Made by a program: the position numbers and the translations under genes. Shown one piece after another: positions 40,334-53,119 of a DNA stretch of 64,000 bases (its first letter is position 1; every line of letters begins with the position of its first letter). Origin of the DNA: Paraphysomonas bandaiensis. Its lineage: Eukaryota > Protista > Chrysophyceae. Below the pieces are notes generated by a model that was given only the letters and a program-made list of their open reading frames with translations, was not told the DNA's origin and made no database searches. The DNA lies in assembly GCA_965644295.1 (NCBI GenBank), contig CBFFRP010000408.1, positions 186,001-250,000 on the forward strand. Direction: 5' to 3'.

Positions 40334-40678
40334 CTAGGTTTTTACACCAAATTGACTAGATCCAATATAATATATCCCTAAGATGAACAGCCTGGATGCT
40401 TGACTTCAGCAGGCAGCCCAATACACCATATGCCCTTGAGGTGGGCCCATTCCCTGTTCCCGGATGCCTGTTTATTCGTCAAGGCCCAAAGACGTCTACA
40501 TAAGTGTCACTTATTTGTGCCCCCCCTGTACCACACACAAGTATTTGGTTATGAGTGGGCTAAACAATATCTGCTGATTATATATGCGGCTTACATTAGT
40601 TTCCAAGAGAAATATCTCCCGTACTTATCCACCTGTACACCACGAAAAGGTGCGAGTCCGACTTTGTTGACTCTGTTG
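40334..40678 (-). mobile_element. Family B copy 3, with putative Helitron 3' CTAG end
   Basis: ggatgcttgacttcagcaggcagccc...gacgtctaca...caccacgaaaag homologous to copies 1, 4 and 5; minus-strand end tttggtgtaaaaacCTAG|t. Confidence 0.7.
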
Positions 40679-40856
40679 TTGTAGTATTATGGTATCTTGT
40701 GTTTTTGACCCTTGAAGTTAGAGAGCTGAATTCAGTAAAGAAGACCCTTTAATAGATTAAAGTTGTTGTATAATTTCTTATCATTATAATTTCTTTAATG
40801 AATGTCTGATTAGTAGCAATAGGCGTGTAAGTGTCAGAAATAATGTATATATTGGA

Positions 40857-41308
40857 AGTCTTATAATTAGCAACAGGCGTTAAAAACCTGCACCAACTTA
40901 GTAGCTAGATGAATGCTAGACAAACTAGTTAGACCTCTACCTGTAACTAGTCAGTACACACTTTTTTTATCCTATTATTTAACGCTACGAAAGCACCAAG
41001 GTGCGACCACTTCCACTCTGAGTTCTTAAGGTGAACATCCCGGATGCTTGACTTCAGCAGGAAGCTCAATACCCCGGTTACTCTTCAGGTGGGCCCTGTC
41101 CCGGATGCCCGTGAGGTGGTCCCATTCCCGGATGCCTGTTTATTCGTCAGGGCCTAAAGACGTCTACACAAGCATTCGGCTATGAGTGGGCAGAAGAATA
41201 TCCGCTGACTATGGTTGCGGCTCACGTTAGTTTCCCAGAGAGAATCCCTCCAGTAATTATCCCTCAGACCTCAGAACACCACGAAAAGATGCGAGGCCGA
41301 CATTGTTG
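40857..41308 (-). mobile_element. Family B copy 4
   Basis: Inverted near-copy of 33163-33512 plus an extension shared with copy 3. Confidence 0.75.
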
Positions 41309-41654
41309 AGGGCGAAATAATGTAGCAAAACAATTTAACTAACTCGTTTTGATATTTTGGAATTCAGCATTAAGAAAATGTTAGGTCTAGTACTATTGAC
41401 TACTGGCAGTACTAAGCGACATAACAGTGCTGTTCTATCTTCCACAATAATTTCAAAAGTAGTACATAGATGCGATATATATATTTTCCTAGGTAGCAAC
41501 AAGAACCGTCAGCGACGAACACAGTTAAAATACCCATGAACTAGTTACTTCAAATACTAGTATATATGATATACAACTTCATACTAAATACATAATCACA
41601 AGCGCGACCTCCTCAGTGTTACGGAGACAAAAAATGATAACAAATAATGCCACT

Positions 41655-44640
41655 CTAATCTAATATATCAGGAAAGAGTACGACCTTTCTGTCTTCTGAC
41701 CTTTTTCTCGCTCTAACCATACGACGTAATTCATTGGATGCATCATAGTTCGAAAAGTCGCAGAGAACTTTGGGAGTCCCAATACTGGCATAGAAAATTA
41801 ATTCAGAAAAAATGCACTGGAGTGCTTCTCACCTCTCAGTCCCAATTTTACCTCCATTCGAATTGTCCAATTCTATGTCAACACTCCATATTTTCCCAAG
41901 AAACTCACCAATGTATGCCACACCTGCTCTGTCAGAAGTGTATGACCTTCTAACAGCAATTGATCTGGGCCACACAATTGCATTCGATCCGAGGCCATTG
42001 TACACGCTCAAACGGGACATCGTAAAGCTGTCCTCGCTAAGAATATTCACCTGGTTGTTGCTGGTATCGGGAACAGAAATGTACCTAATGACATGACATA
42101 AACCAAAAAAACATTAACGGATAGTGACTCACTGTTCATTCCATGATTTAAAAGTTGAGTTTGCATTTGACGCCAAGGGAAATACTCCAATACCATCAAA
42201 CCGCGACGATGTGGGAGCTCTAAGGACCCGAGTCATCCAGCGCGGCGTGTTTTGTAACGCCGGTGCAAGCCCCAGAGCATCAGAAAAAGTCGTGGATATC
42301 AACGAAAGTTGGTGCAACTCTAGCTTATACACACTTCCTTCAAAAAATGTCATGTATATGTATCTGTGATCAATATTAGTAAATCTATCTTTGAAACCGA
42401 AATAACCTACCCTCTGGCAACATCCCCCGCCAGTCCTCTAGGTTCTTGCAGACCTTTCAGTATAACAACATCTTCGGACGAATTTGGCGAGATTGTAGTT
42501 CCAGGAACTGCGCACAATTGAGTTCAAGAGGGCATATACAAATTAACATGTACCCTGCGAAGACAGTAATAGTCGTCCAAGCACGCCCCTCTCGGCGTCA
42601 ATATAGAATAGATATTGATCGCTTATCCCACCTTCGCTGATATGGATCGGCAGGATGCCATACACTCTCTTCGCCTGTCCCATACACATTATCATACATC
42701 AGCACACCTTACCCAAAATATAGAGCACGACTTATCTTACCCCGTCCATGACAACCTCAAGGGATTGTCCAGTTGCAGTACATCTATATATTCTATGTGA
42801 TCCTAAATCAGACCAGTAGATATATGTGTTCGCAGAATGTGTCATATAAGGAGAGTTGATAGGGTAGGCTACAGTGTAGGGCCTAAATGGGTAACTCGTG
42901 TCCGTTATTTTTGAGACAACAGCACGCTTTGAATTTCCTCGTGAAATTGTCAGGGGCTGCAGGTGAATGCCGGTGGAAAGAGAGGTCACAGTAGACACCA
43001 CAACATCATTATCTTCCACTTTATCCGTCCCCCTCAAGTGAACCACAGTGCATAAGATTTTCATAGGATTCACCAATTCAATCCGAGAGCAGTTCATATC
43101 TTTCACAGTGATATATTTAATGTCATTCATAGAGTGCGCAAGATTGTAACCCTGAATGGCTATAGTTTTGACACCAGAAACAAATCTGTTAATATCTACC
43201 ATAATATATTACACTCAATTTATGCGATCACTAAACACTGACCTTCTCCAGACTCCTTCATAGAATATAGTCCTTCTTGGGTGGTAAACAGCAGTCTGCA
43301 GAGAAATTATTAGTTTCCGACGACAGGGGAAGATCAACATAAACGACGTACTCGCTATTGTCTTCCCGATCCCCGCGATAGCCCAGAGACAGGCCTGTGA
43401 TGTAAGCATCTCTATCTCCTACAGTAAATTCCTCAATAAGGTTTGTTTTAGTTTCCGTGTTTGTTCCTATCATGCCGAGGCCTCCTCCTAGCATGCGTAC
43501 AGCGGTGAACCCATGGCCTTTGTACTGGTCAAATGTATCTACTGACGTGTCACTTTCAATAATTTCGTCGGTAATGACAGGAAAAGCATCTACAGACTCT
43601 TCAGCTTTACCAGGGATATATACCGACTTCGGATAGCTAGATAACCGGGGGTAGAAGCTCTCTGTTGTGCTAGGAGTATTACCCGATGCCAGGCAGTCGG
43701 GTTTATCGTAAGGGCACCCTTTAAAACATCCAATAGTGTAGGGTTGAAATGTCGGAGAGGGGACTGTGCTTACACAACATTTACTCTCCACCCGAGAGCA
43801 GTTCCCGGCGTTGTTTACGTATTCACTACACTCCCCGGTTCCTTGCTCACCGCTGATGTAGTACCGATACATGTATTCATCAACGCCCTCTAACTGGAAA
43901 TATAAGCCGTTACATTCGTCTAAACAGAATACGGGGTGTGACCCTTCCACGCCACAAGGCATCATAAGGATACCCGTTGGGCCAACAGGTCCGTATACTG
44001 GAAATCCATCCAGTGCCCAACCAACTTGAGGACTGTGCGCAATCACGTCTATATTCTCATTCAGCATCGTGTCCGCTAACTGGTTGAGCAGACATGCCGG
44101 CGGAATGTGATAATGATACATTCCACGGTCATCAACATGCCCGCCGCATTTGTCAAAACTACGTGCATCAGCTGCTACTGCATCCCCACAATATTTTGTG
44201 CCGTCGCGAATGCCAATAATGTCACAAGACTTGTCCCCTGAGCTTTGTCCCCCAACACTAGGCTTCACACACCTCGGCACTGTGTTGCTCATACTCTCAA
44301 TGCCAACTCCATTAAGGGCCATAGCTACGGTTCCATTGGCACAGGTTGTGTCCGTCGTTTCAATTGCAATAACCGGATAGAGCGGTATTTCGAAATACAT
44401 ATCCGTATGAGCGGCTCTGGTGGATATTTCACCCGCACACTCTGACTCCTGACACACACTGAAGTGGTTGGGACAAGAGTTTGACGACAGCACCCTCTTC
44501 CGCCTGGTGAAATCAATGGACTCCGAGTAGTGCCAGTCTTTACCAGCAGTGTCGCATAAGGAGCCGTTAGTATGCAGAGAGAGGGAACAGAGGGCAAGAA
44601 ATGCAGTCACGATCACATGCGAGTGGCTGAAGGAGCGCAT
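41655..44640 (-). CDS. Secreted Cys-rich YHYH-domain protein fused to LDL-receptor class B (YWTD-like) beta-propeller, multi-exon
   Basis: Signal peptide; SNSCPNH, AMALNGV, FDKCGGH..GMYHYH, HSPQVGWALDGFPVYGP, LDECNG, YRYY (YHYH family). Later exons include YIYWSDLGSHRIYRC..GQSLEVV, WPRSIAV, YIGEFLGKIW; ends FPDILD*. Confidence 0.8.
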
Positions 44641-45370
44641 GTCTGTGCCGTGTTACAGTTATAAGCTACTTTAAGTGTTGTGTTATGTACGTGTATAATA
44701 CACAGCCACAGACTGGAACTGCATGCAAGCCTGAAGGTGTGACAGCTGTATGTTCTCTCACTTCGCCTCTTAAAGTACCTCTATGCGCAGTATGGCAGAC
44801 TGTTGAGTGAGGTGCGGTGAGTTCCAGTTACATAGCAGCTCATACTATACTGTAGTCCAGTGTATACCGGTATACCGCATGAAATACAGATCTTGCAACG
44901 TACAGGAGGGTATTGTATACTATATACGTATTTTCATGTATTCTCAACGTATAAAAAGTCCCTTCTGAATCTCTTCATGTATGGGCAGTCAGCATCTTAT
45001 TTTTTCGGTAATTAATTGAAGCAAAATTCTTCTATATAACTACAATACAACTACGGCTGTAATACAGATAATTGTTGTCTCAATATTAGAGGCATCTTGG
45101 AATAAAAATATACGAAGGATGCCGATCTCAATAAAATTTTGTCCATTTCGTCCAATGCAGCTGCCGATTTCTTCCTACTTTAGAGGAGTCGTCCACATGC
45201 TTGTATAGATCCAGCGAATAGCGAAATGATTAGCGTCCAAACAACTGCATCAGTAAAGCCGACATTCCGCGAAACTGTCAAGATAAAGAAAGCTAATTCT
45301 TCCGTATCCAGCCAGCATCTTGCAATATCTAACACAGAATAACCCCCTAGAACCCTCGTATATCTCTATG

Positions 45371-45372
<2 letters not shown>

Positions 45373-45401
<29 letters not shown>

Positions 45402-45448
45402 TGTATGTATGTATGTATGTATGTATGTATGTATGTATGTATGTATGT
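45373..45448. repeat. (ATGT)19 microsatellite
   Basis: Perfect tetranucleotide run. Confidence 0.97.
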
Positions 45449-46562
45449 TGAACACTCTCATGTATATACACTCATATACACACTCTCATGTATGGGTGAA
45501 CAGACAGCTGGCGATTTAAAAAAAAGAAGTGGGAGAGCGACAAGTTGCAAGGTGGCTAAACGACAAACCCTTATTGAAACGGCTGCGCTGCTTGGCATTC
45601 GGGAATGGTATTGGAGGGAAAGTTGAATGAACCCTACCGTCGAGAATAAGCTGAAGTGCCTGAAGAAGATGGCTTTCATTATCTCCGAAGATTACACACT
45701 CTGGAGAAAGCCAAAGGTGATGAGATGGAGCTCTTACTCAGGAATGGTTCAATCATTCCGAATACCCACCTGAATGGCTTGCATTCTATATTCTTGGACT
45801 TCCATCTGGGGACCGAGCTCTTGAGAACCACAGGAGTAGTAGTGATAAAGCAACCAATTCTAAGCGCAAATTCGACTTGGAAAGTTCGACTGTCCTCGGT
45901 AGAGAAATGTCGAACAGGAAACCAAGACAGCGCAGGAATGTTACCAGCCCAGAGAGAGACTGACAGAGCAGTGGCCCATCAAAAAAATGAATCATATCAT
46001 TATACATATGACTGGTATGGAAGTCGACCAGACTCCCTTACACACAGAAAGGAAGAGCGGCGATCAAACTCATTGAGAAACAGATTTACGTTATTGGGAT
46101 AATGGGATTATTCTCGGCGATCAAGAGATTAACAAGCAAAGACTGAGCGATCTATATGAGAATTGTTCAATTTACTTGGCTGCGAACTACAGGAGTATCG
46201 TGCGAGACTTAAAGATAAGCCCTTTTAAAATTGAAATTCCTAATTGTCTGAGAAATATCGGTACTCATTTGACGCTATTGTGGCCGAAAGAGTACTGCAA
46301 CGAATAGAACAATCATAAGAAAGATCGTCTTGCATACTCATTCTCTAAATGATATAATGGTGTTTACGTGTAGTGCACCTGTGTCGTAATATTGTAATAG
46401 TATCCGATGGCAGTCTGACTTTCACGAATTTATCTTGTATCTTGCTTGTTAAATTAGCAACTAGCCACACGAGCATAGTATTTCGTCCATTGTTTTGAAC
46501 ACGTCAACATATGGCGAGGATAATGCATTTATCCTCCGGACAACGCATGTAATTATGTACTC

Positions 46563-46653
46563 CAGGGCCTGGTAACTGGTAACCGTTAATCGTAGTCCAG
46601 TTTCTAGTTCCCGGCCCTTTTTTGCCACTACCATTAACGGTTAACAGGCCCTG
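46563..46653. mobile_element. 91-bp hAT-type MITE with 8-bp target-site duplication
   Basis: TIRs CAGGGCCTGGTAAC / GTTAACAGGCCCTG (1 mismatch); flanked by ATGTACTC at 46555-46562 and 46654-46661. Confidence 0.92.
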
Positions 46654-46866
46654 ATGTACTCTGCTCGTGTCAACAAAGAAACAGTGCTGTATAAAACAGT
46701 TGTATCATGAAAAATTATATGATGCAATAAGCACCACTTGCATAAGTGCAAATTGATATATAAACAAATAAATACTAATTGACATCTATCGTTTATCGGG
46801 AAGTAAATTCGTACACTAAGCACACTATAGACACTGAGTGGAGAAGAACGACGACAAACTTGGCAA

Positions 46867-48165
46867 CTATAACCTAATATCGTCATCAAAATCAAAACAG
46901 CCATCTGTAACAACATCCGATAACGAATCGTCCAGTGCATCATCGAACGCCTTCAACTCAAGCTCAACCTGAAATGTAGAATTAGGTAATAAAATGGAGT
47001 CCCACTGTTATTCACGCATCACCTGACTAAGTGTACAGTACGCTATCGTCGAAGAATTCTCTTTCTCGGCATACTTTATACGCTTGTATATCCCTACAGA
47101 AATCATAGCGATAGCAATCCCTGTGGCATTAAGGACATTCATATGATCGCGGAACACTATCATGCTAAGCAGTATCTGAATCAATTCTTTGACTTGGCCT
47201 AAGACGCCCATGGTAAGTGAAGACGTGAGATTGACAAGATGAACCTCAGTAGTGATCAGTAAAAATGCTATTCCTCCTCCTACAGCAATCAAAGTGGCTG
47301 TCGCTGCCAGCCCAGCCGAAGAGGAACTCGAATAAAATGTCGACTGAAAAAACGGGACGACTTCAGTTACGAGGGCGACTGGTGTGATGGCCAGGGCGCT
47401 GGCTGGAGAAAACCGATGAATCGATACAAACACATTCCGGGAGTGATCGTCGACAGCCATTAGCTTTTGCACTAGGGCCCACCGCACGCCTCCGGCAGCT
47501 GCTGCGCAAAGAACCATAATCACTCCCACAAGTGAAACGTCAGTACTTGTAGCCACAGCTAGCCCAATGCCTCCCACGATACCAAGAACAGCACAAAATG
47601 TTGAAAGCCTAAATATCTCGATATTGAAAAGTACACCCCACAAAAACACCCATATAAGTACAGTACCCTTAATAATTGTATACAGGGTGAGGCTGATATA
47701 TAACAACGAGAAATTGGACAACATGACGTCGAGGGCCGTCGAGACGCCGATGGGTGCTGCGACGGTTAAGTATTGCCACCACGAAATGGGCTCTACACTA
47801 GCCCCTTGATCAACACAAGCCCAAATTCTTGATATCAAAAACTGCATGCACATATGAATAGATGTGTATATTATCGGAAATTCGAAGCCTCCTGAGGTGG
47901 CGATGTAAGGAAACAAGAATATAATGTAACAAAACCAGCTCACCGTGATACTCATTAAGAAACCACTACATAACATATCAGGAAATAAAACACACTAGTC
48001 ACCAACATACCTTATTAAAAATGGTAAAGCACACGCTTATGCAGTACCTGCGCAACACTGTCAGGAGATGGGGCGACAACAGACGACTCACCAGCGAGCT
48101 GTGTACGCAGCAATCAGAATTACCGCCAATGTATCTTGCAGTCTGCCGGGGTCGATGTGGCTCAT
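46867..48165 (-). CDS. Triose-phosphate/nucleotide-sugar transporter family protein (SLC35C2-like), 5 exons
   Basis: Spliced start MSHIDP...WYCISVCFTIFNKWFL..GFEFP, TALDVMLSNFSL, GGVRWALVQKL, TSSLTMGVLGQVKE; acidic last exon ending DDDIRL*. Confidence 0.87.
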
Positions 48166-48719
48166 CTTAGTCAGTCTGCCTTTAAGCGTCCAGTGGACTG
48201 CGAAAAGAGCCACCGTAGCGACCAAACTCGAGGCAAAATACACCCACAGCACAGTAAACTCCGCCATACTCAGATATCAATTGCAGTAGAGCTAAAGGTA
48301 CACCATACTGGAGCACGATAAGACAGACCTCTGGTTGGTCTGTTGCTGTCTCTACTCCCCTCGACCTGCAGAGAGATGCCAGATTCTCATTACAGCAGGG
48401 CGCATCTAGCCGGGAGAGACAGCAGCACACTAGATTGAAATACAGTACTACGGCACTGTATATTGGATAGATATGGGGACTGCTGTATACGATGGTATAC
48501 TCAGAATACAGCCACTTAACGGTATCTGTCATATGGAAGCGTGTATGTATATGTATGTGTATGTGTATGTGTATGTATGTAGACAGAGCAGCTCTTTCAG
48601 TTGATAGCATCACGGAGCAGCACAGCAGTGCTGACATAAGAAGATGCCCGCTCGATCTCATGCTGCATAAGAGAGAGTGATATTTATACCTTAGTGTTGT
48701 GTCCAGGAGGAGCAGCAGC

Positions 48720-51406
48720 ATGTCAACAGCTGTAGCTCTAGGAGATAAAGTGAGGAAGAAGGAGGCTATGGAGACTCTCGTCGAGGAGATATCGAGAGGG
48801 GAGGATGAGGGTCTCGCACCGTCACTGCGGAGTGCACTTGAGCGTGGCTGGGGCTTTAAAATAACTGATACGATATCTGAAGCGAAGGAGAGGCGCGAGA
48901 AGGAGATCGACAAGATATGCTCACGACACTACAGCGACTTTCTCGCATCTGTAAAAGAACTGCTAGCTATGAGAGGGTCCGCAGACATGATATACAAGTC
49001 CATCACTGATGTTCATGAAGTATTTGAAGCTGCGTATCAAGATTTGTCAGGCGTGTTGAAAACTTTGGAGATGCTACAGACAGAGCGGGAGAATAGCCGT
49101 CAAGCCCTTTTGGATATCGAGCGATGTAGAGAGCTTACTGGGCTTATGGTAAAAGCTAAAGAGTTTATTGCTTCAGAAGATTACTACCGCGCGCTGTCGA
49201 CGATTGAGACTTTGAGGGACGAGTTAAACCGGGTTGGCATGCGTCCATTTGCCTCTATTTTACTGACCTGGCTAGCCTCCCTGACTGACCAGCTGTTGGC
49301 GGCATCTAAGCTTGACCTCCAGGCATGGCTAGGCGAGATGCGTGACCGCAATTCTCTAATTGGAGAGACAGTGTTACACTTAAGCGCAGCACTCTTCCTA
49401 CGTGAAACTGAAAGGCCAGGGGATGACTTGGATGCTTTTTCTGATCCCACAACTATGTCACTTGAGATGGTGCACCGTCTTTCCGAAATGTACGACTGGG
49501 ACCTTCTAGATTACGACTCTCAAACGAACTCCACCATCCCTGAGGACTTTACAGCTGCTCTTCCGGCTGAGGGAAGACGATATTTTGAGAGTATTACAGA
49601 ATCGTTAGGCCCACTGCACAAGTCGCTACATATGCATACCCAGTTGGGCAAGCTACCTCAGCTGCAAAGTATATATTGCGAGAGTCGAGAGCTAATCATT
49701 GTTCACAACTTAATCAACAATAGTCTGGAGCCTCGAATAGCCAAGCATGGGTTTTCTGTCGCACTTGCAGATGTGCTCCGTTCTGTGGTGGGATTCTTCG
49801 CGGTTGAGAGTATCATTAGACGCTCTGTGAACAATGCAGAAGGAGGGGGCGTTTTCACCTGGAACCAATTGAAGGATCTCTGGGTCATTGCCTGCACTCA
49901 AGTTAGGGAGTTTTGTTTCAAGCACGCGGGTGCCATTGAATCCCCCGCTGCAATGCTGTGCGTGAAGGAACAATTGCTCCTGGCCAGCGAAACTCTCGCG
50001 GACGACGCCTTCGGGCTGAAGGATGGTGCACTCATGGAAGCGTGCGGAGTACTTTGGGACGCTTTTCTTGATCTACAGGTACAAAGTACCAGAGATGCGT
50101 TTACGAATTACGTGACATATCAGCCCATACACGTTACGTCAGTAGATATGCACGAAAGTCGAATCAAGCCATTTTTCATTGACAAAGCCCATTTCTCCCT
50201 TGACGACCACATGGGTGGGGGAGGGCAACATAGAGCATCCACTCATGCTAATCTGGATGCACTAGAAGAGGCACAGATGGAGTCTTTGCGGAATGCTTCG
50301 AGCACTCTTGATAGCAGTGATGATATTAACGGCACAGAGGATTCTGTGATTGGGTTCATCGGTGATCACTCTACATTTGTTCCTCATACCTTGCCATTCT
50401 CTGAGACTGTCCCGTCACTGATGAGACACCTTACATTTTTAGTAATTAGGTTTTCCCAATTTGTAGTACATAATGAGGGACTTGGTGAGCGGGGTGCGTC
50501 GGTCTGCAGTACTGTGGAGCGGGCCATAAACGCCATCGTCGATATGTTCAGAGAAGAGCTCACACGAGATGGTCCAGAAACTCCTCTATCTAAAGCATGT
50601 CAGATATCAATTGACGCCGCGACGTTGTCCTACTGTTGTATGGAGTTCAGGAGTACGATCGCAAACATGCTTGTTCAAGCCAACTGGATTGAATCTATTG
50701 ACTCACACCTGGATGAGGTTATAGTACGATGCAAAACCAATCTGGACAAACTGTCCCTTCAGGCGCAGGACTTGATATTTGAGCTTCTGAATACGAAGGT
50801 TATCGACCTTCTCGGCGACCTTTGTTTTGTGAATTGGGTTCCATCTTTGCTTCCTGCAGGCCCTCATGAGTGTATCGAGGAGATTGTGGACTATCTACGA
50901 GTCACCTTTATGTGGCTCACGTACCTCCCACAGACTGTGAGAGATGCAGCGCACTTCACATGCTGCTCTAGGATTAACCAAGACATATTAACATTCTTAA
51001 TTTCTCCGAAGGTGCAGCACATGAACATGCTGAGCATAAAGGCCCTGCAACTTGATTTCAAACATTTAGATGACTTTTCAAGTAGTTGTGGTGTACCTCA
51101 GCTGAGGGAGTGTTTCTCTGAAGGTCGCGGACTAATAAATGCACTTCTGCATCGGGACCTGCACAGATTTGGCGAGAATCCTGTAATACGAAGAGCAAAT
51201 TTTCCGGTGCTTGATCCCTACAAGCTTTCCTTATTAGCAGAGAAGGTATGTCCAAAGTGTTGAGTATATGTACTTCAATCTGATAATGCATGGCATATTA
51301 GGTGGTTCCTCTCCCCCCAGGAGCACAAACTCACTCTTCGATTCCTATTTATGACAAGAAAACTTTGGCGACTATCAGTAAATCTTTAAAAAATGCCAAG
51401 TCTTAG
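48720..51406 (+). CDS. SEC15: Exocyst component Sec15/EXOC6, 2 exons
   Basis: EIDKICSRHYSDFLASVKELL, YYRALSTIE, VGFFAVE, LPFSETVP, EIVDYL, CFSE..LINAL; short last exon 51302-51406. Confidence 0.88.
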
Positions 51407-52002
51407 AATTTTTATATAAGAATAATACATAGTGTTTGTTGATGTTTTTTGTGTCAAGTACTAAACGTACTTTCACATTGCGATGAAAATTACAATTCTG
51501 AATGAATAGATGATACGCTGTCGCTATTTCAGTGTGATTTGTGCTTACATTTCATAATATTTGTCTCGCTTTCTAGGTGTAGGGCGTGAAAAACGATGCT
51601 AAATTTATTATTCACTATCCGCAACAGCCACCTATACTTACAGCGAAAATATATACAATATAAGATGTTTGGTAAAGTAAAACTAGAACTGTTGGAAAAT
51701 AAAACAGCATCTAATCCAACAATATCAATGATGTACAGTTATATTGGTAGATGTGGTTGAAATATATGCACTATTGCTAAAGAATTTCGGGACAAGGGAC
51801 CGAGTCAATAATATTGATTGTATGGTATCTTGGGCAGTCAGAATGTGTACAGCTATGATGAATCAAACAATCAAACGAACTGCAAATCCTTTCAACATGA
51901 CTGCTCTTTGGTTTCATGACAACCATTTTCAGTTTATAGTTTTTGTGAGAGCGGTTGATGCGTGTTGTTACCATATTTGTACATTTCAATTGACACAAAT
52001 AT

Positions 52003-52052
52003 CAGGGCCTGGTAACCATTAATGGCCCATTAGTAGTAGTCCAGTTCCCGGA
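52003..52052 (+). mobile_element. Left-end fragment of the same hAT MITE family as 46563-46653
   Basis: cagggcctggtaaccattaat...gtagtccagttcccgg matches the MITE 5' half. Confidence 0.75.
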
Positions 52053-52146
52053 AATTATAATTATCGTAAATACATAAGTAGATAATACCTCTCATAAGAA
52101 ATAGTGTGATGCTCGTTCACTTATCGTTCATTTATAACTACTTACA

Positions 52147-52512
52147 CTAGTTTTTTTACACCAAAATTAGTGTGACTAGTAGAGGTAGTAGTACAAAAAT
52201 GCCTTGTTATTAGCAATATGCGTTTATAAGGGTCAGTGGTTAACACTGATATCTTAACATTTAACGCTACGAAAGAAACTTCTGTGTCACTTCAAGCACT
52301 CAGGTGCAACCACTTTCGCTCTATCACACAGTGAGCACAAGCAGAATGTTGACATACCTTCCATCTGCTTACTTCAGGATTATTAAGTCCTTAAGGTGGG
52401 CCGATTCCCGTGTGCTTGACTTCAGCAGGCAGCCCATAATACCCCGAATGCCCTTGAGGTGGGGTATCTCCGGCACTTATCCCCCAGAACACCTCGAAAA
52501 GGGTGTGACTAC
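52147..52512 (-). mobile_element. Family B copy 5 with hairpin + CTAG Helitron-like 3' end
   Basis: Homology to the other copies; hairpin acaccaaaattagtgt (52158-52173) 7 nt from CTAG (52147-52150), followed by T on the minus strand. Confidence 0.7.
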
Positions 52513-52601
52513 GAAATTTAACTATTTTGACTATAGGCTAAATAATATTTCCACAAAGTTTTAAATATGTCCCTCGCCCACACGAAGTTCTTTTATGCAT
52601 C

Positions 52602-53119
52602 ATGCGTATCAATGCAACCCGTTTAACAGAAAGTGATTCTGAGTCTGAAGAACAAGTGTCAGACCCAGAATCAGATTGTCATCGTTCGTCACCAACATTC
52701 GCAGTTGGTGAACTAGTTTCTAATATACACAATTTAAGAGGTATTATTTCTGAGGTAAGCAGCGACATGTATGTGTAACACATATATTTAATCAATAAAT
52801 GTAAGAGATATATATACTCAGGTACACAGCGACAATACTTACGATATCAAATATAATGATGGACAGTATGACAACAACCTAGCGGCAAGTTACTTGAGGC
52901 ACATAAAAGGTTAGTATATATAATAATATGATTATTATGTAAACGTTATAATATATTATATATTATACAGTAACTTCGTCAAAGAAAAGGACTAAAAAAC
53001 AGCAATGGGAAATAGTGACAGAGCCTACAACCGAATGGGTGGATCAAGGCGCTCTCTCATCTGAGAATGTTGTGACCGGAAAACGTCGACGTAGTAGTGG
53101 GGTATCGTACAAAGAATAG
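52602..53119 (+). CDS. Transposon-associated ~129-aa protein: acidic patch + Tudor-like domain + CHZ-like basic motif, 3 exons (possibly 5'-truncated)
   Basis: Exons 52602-52754, 52822-52909 and 52971-53119 with GT-AG introns splice in frame without stops: ...ESDSESEEQ...FAVGELVSNIHNLRGIISEVHSDNTYDIKYNDGQYDNNLAASYLRHIK...LSSENVVTGKRRRSSGVSYKE*. Confidence 0.65.

Noticed and set aside
33163-41172. Inverted family B copies flanking IPO5 as a composite transposon
   Set aside because: The outer ends are internal positions of the repeat (other copies extend past them), there is no TSD, and further copies are dispersed.
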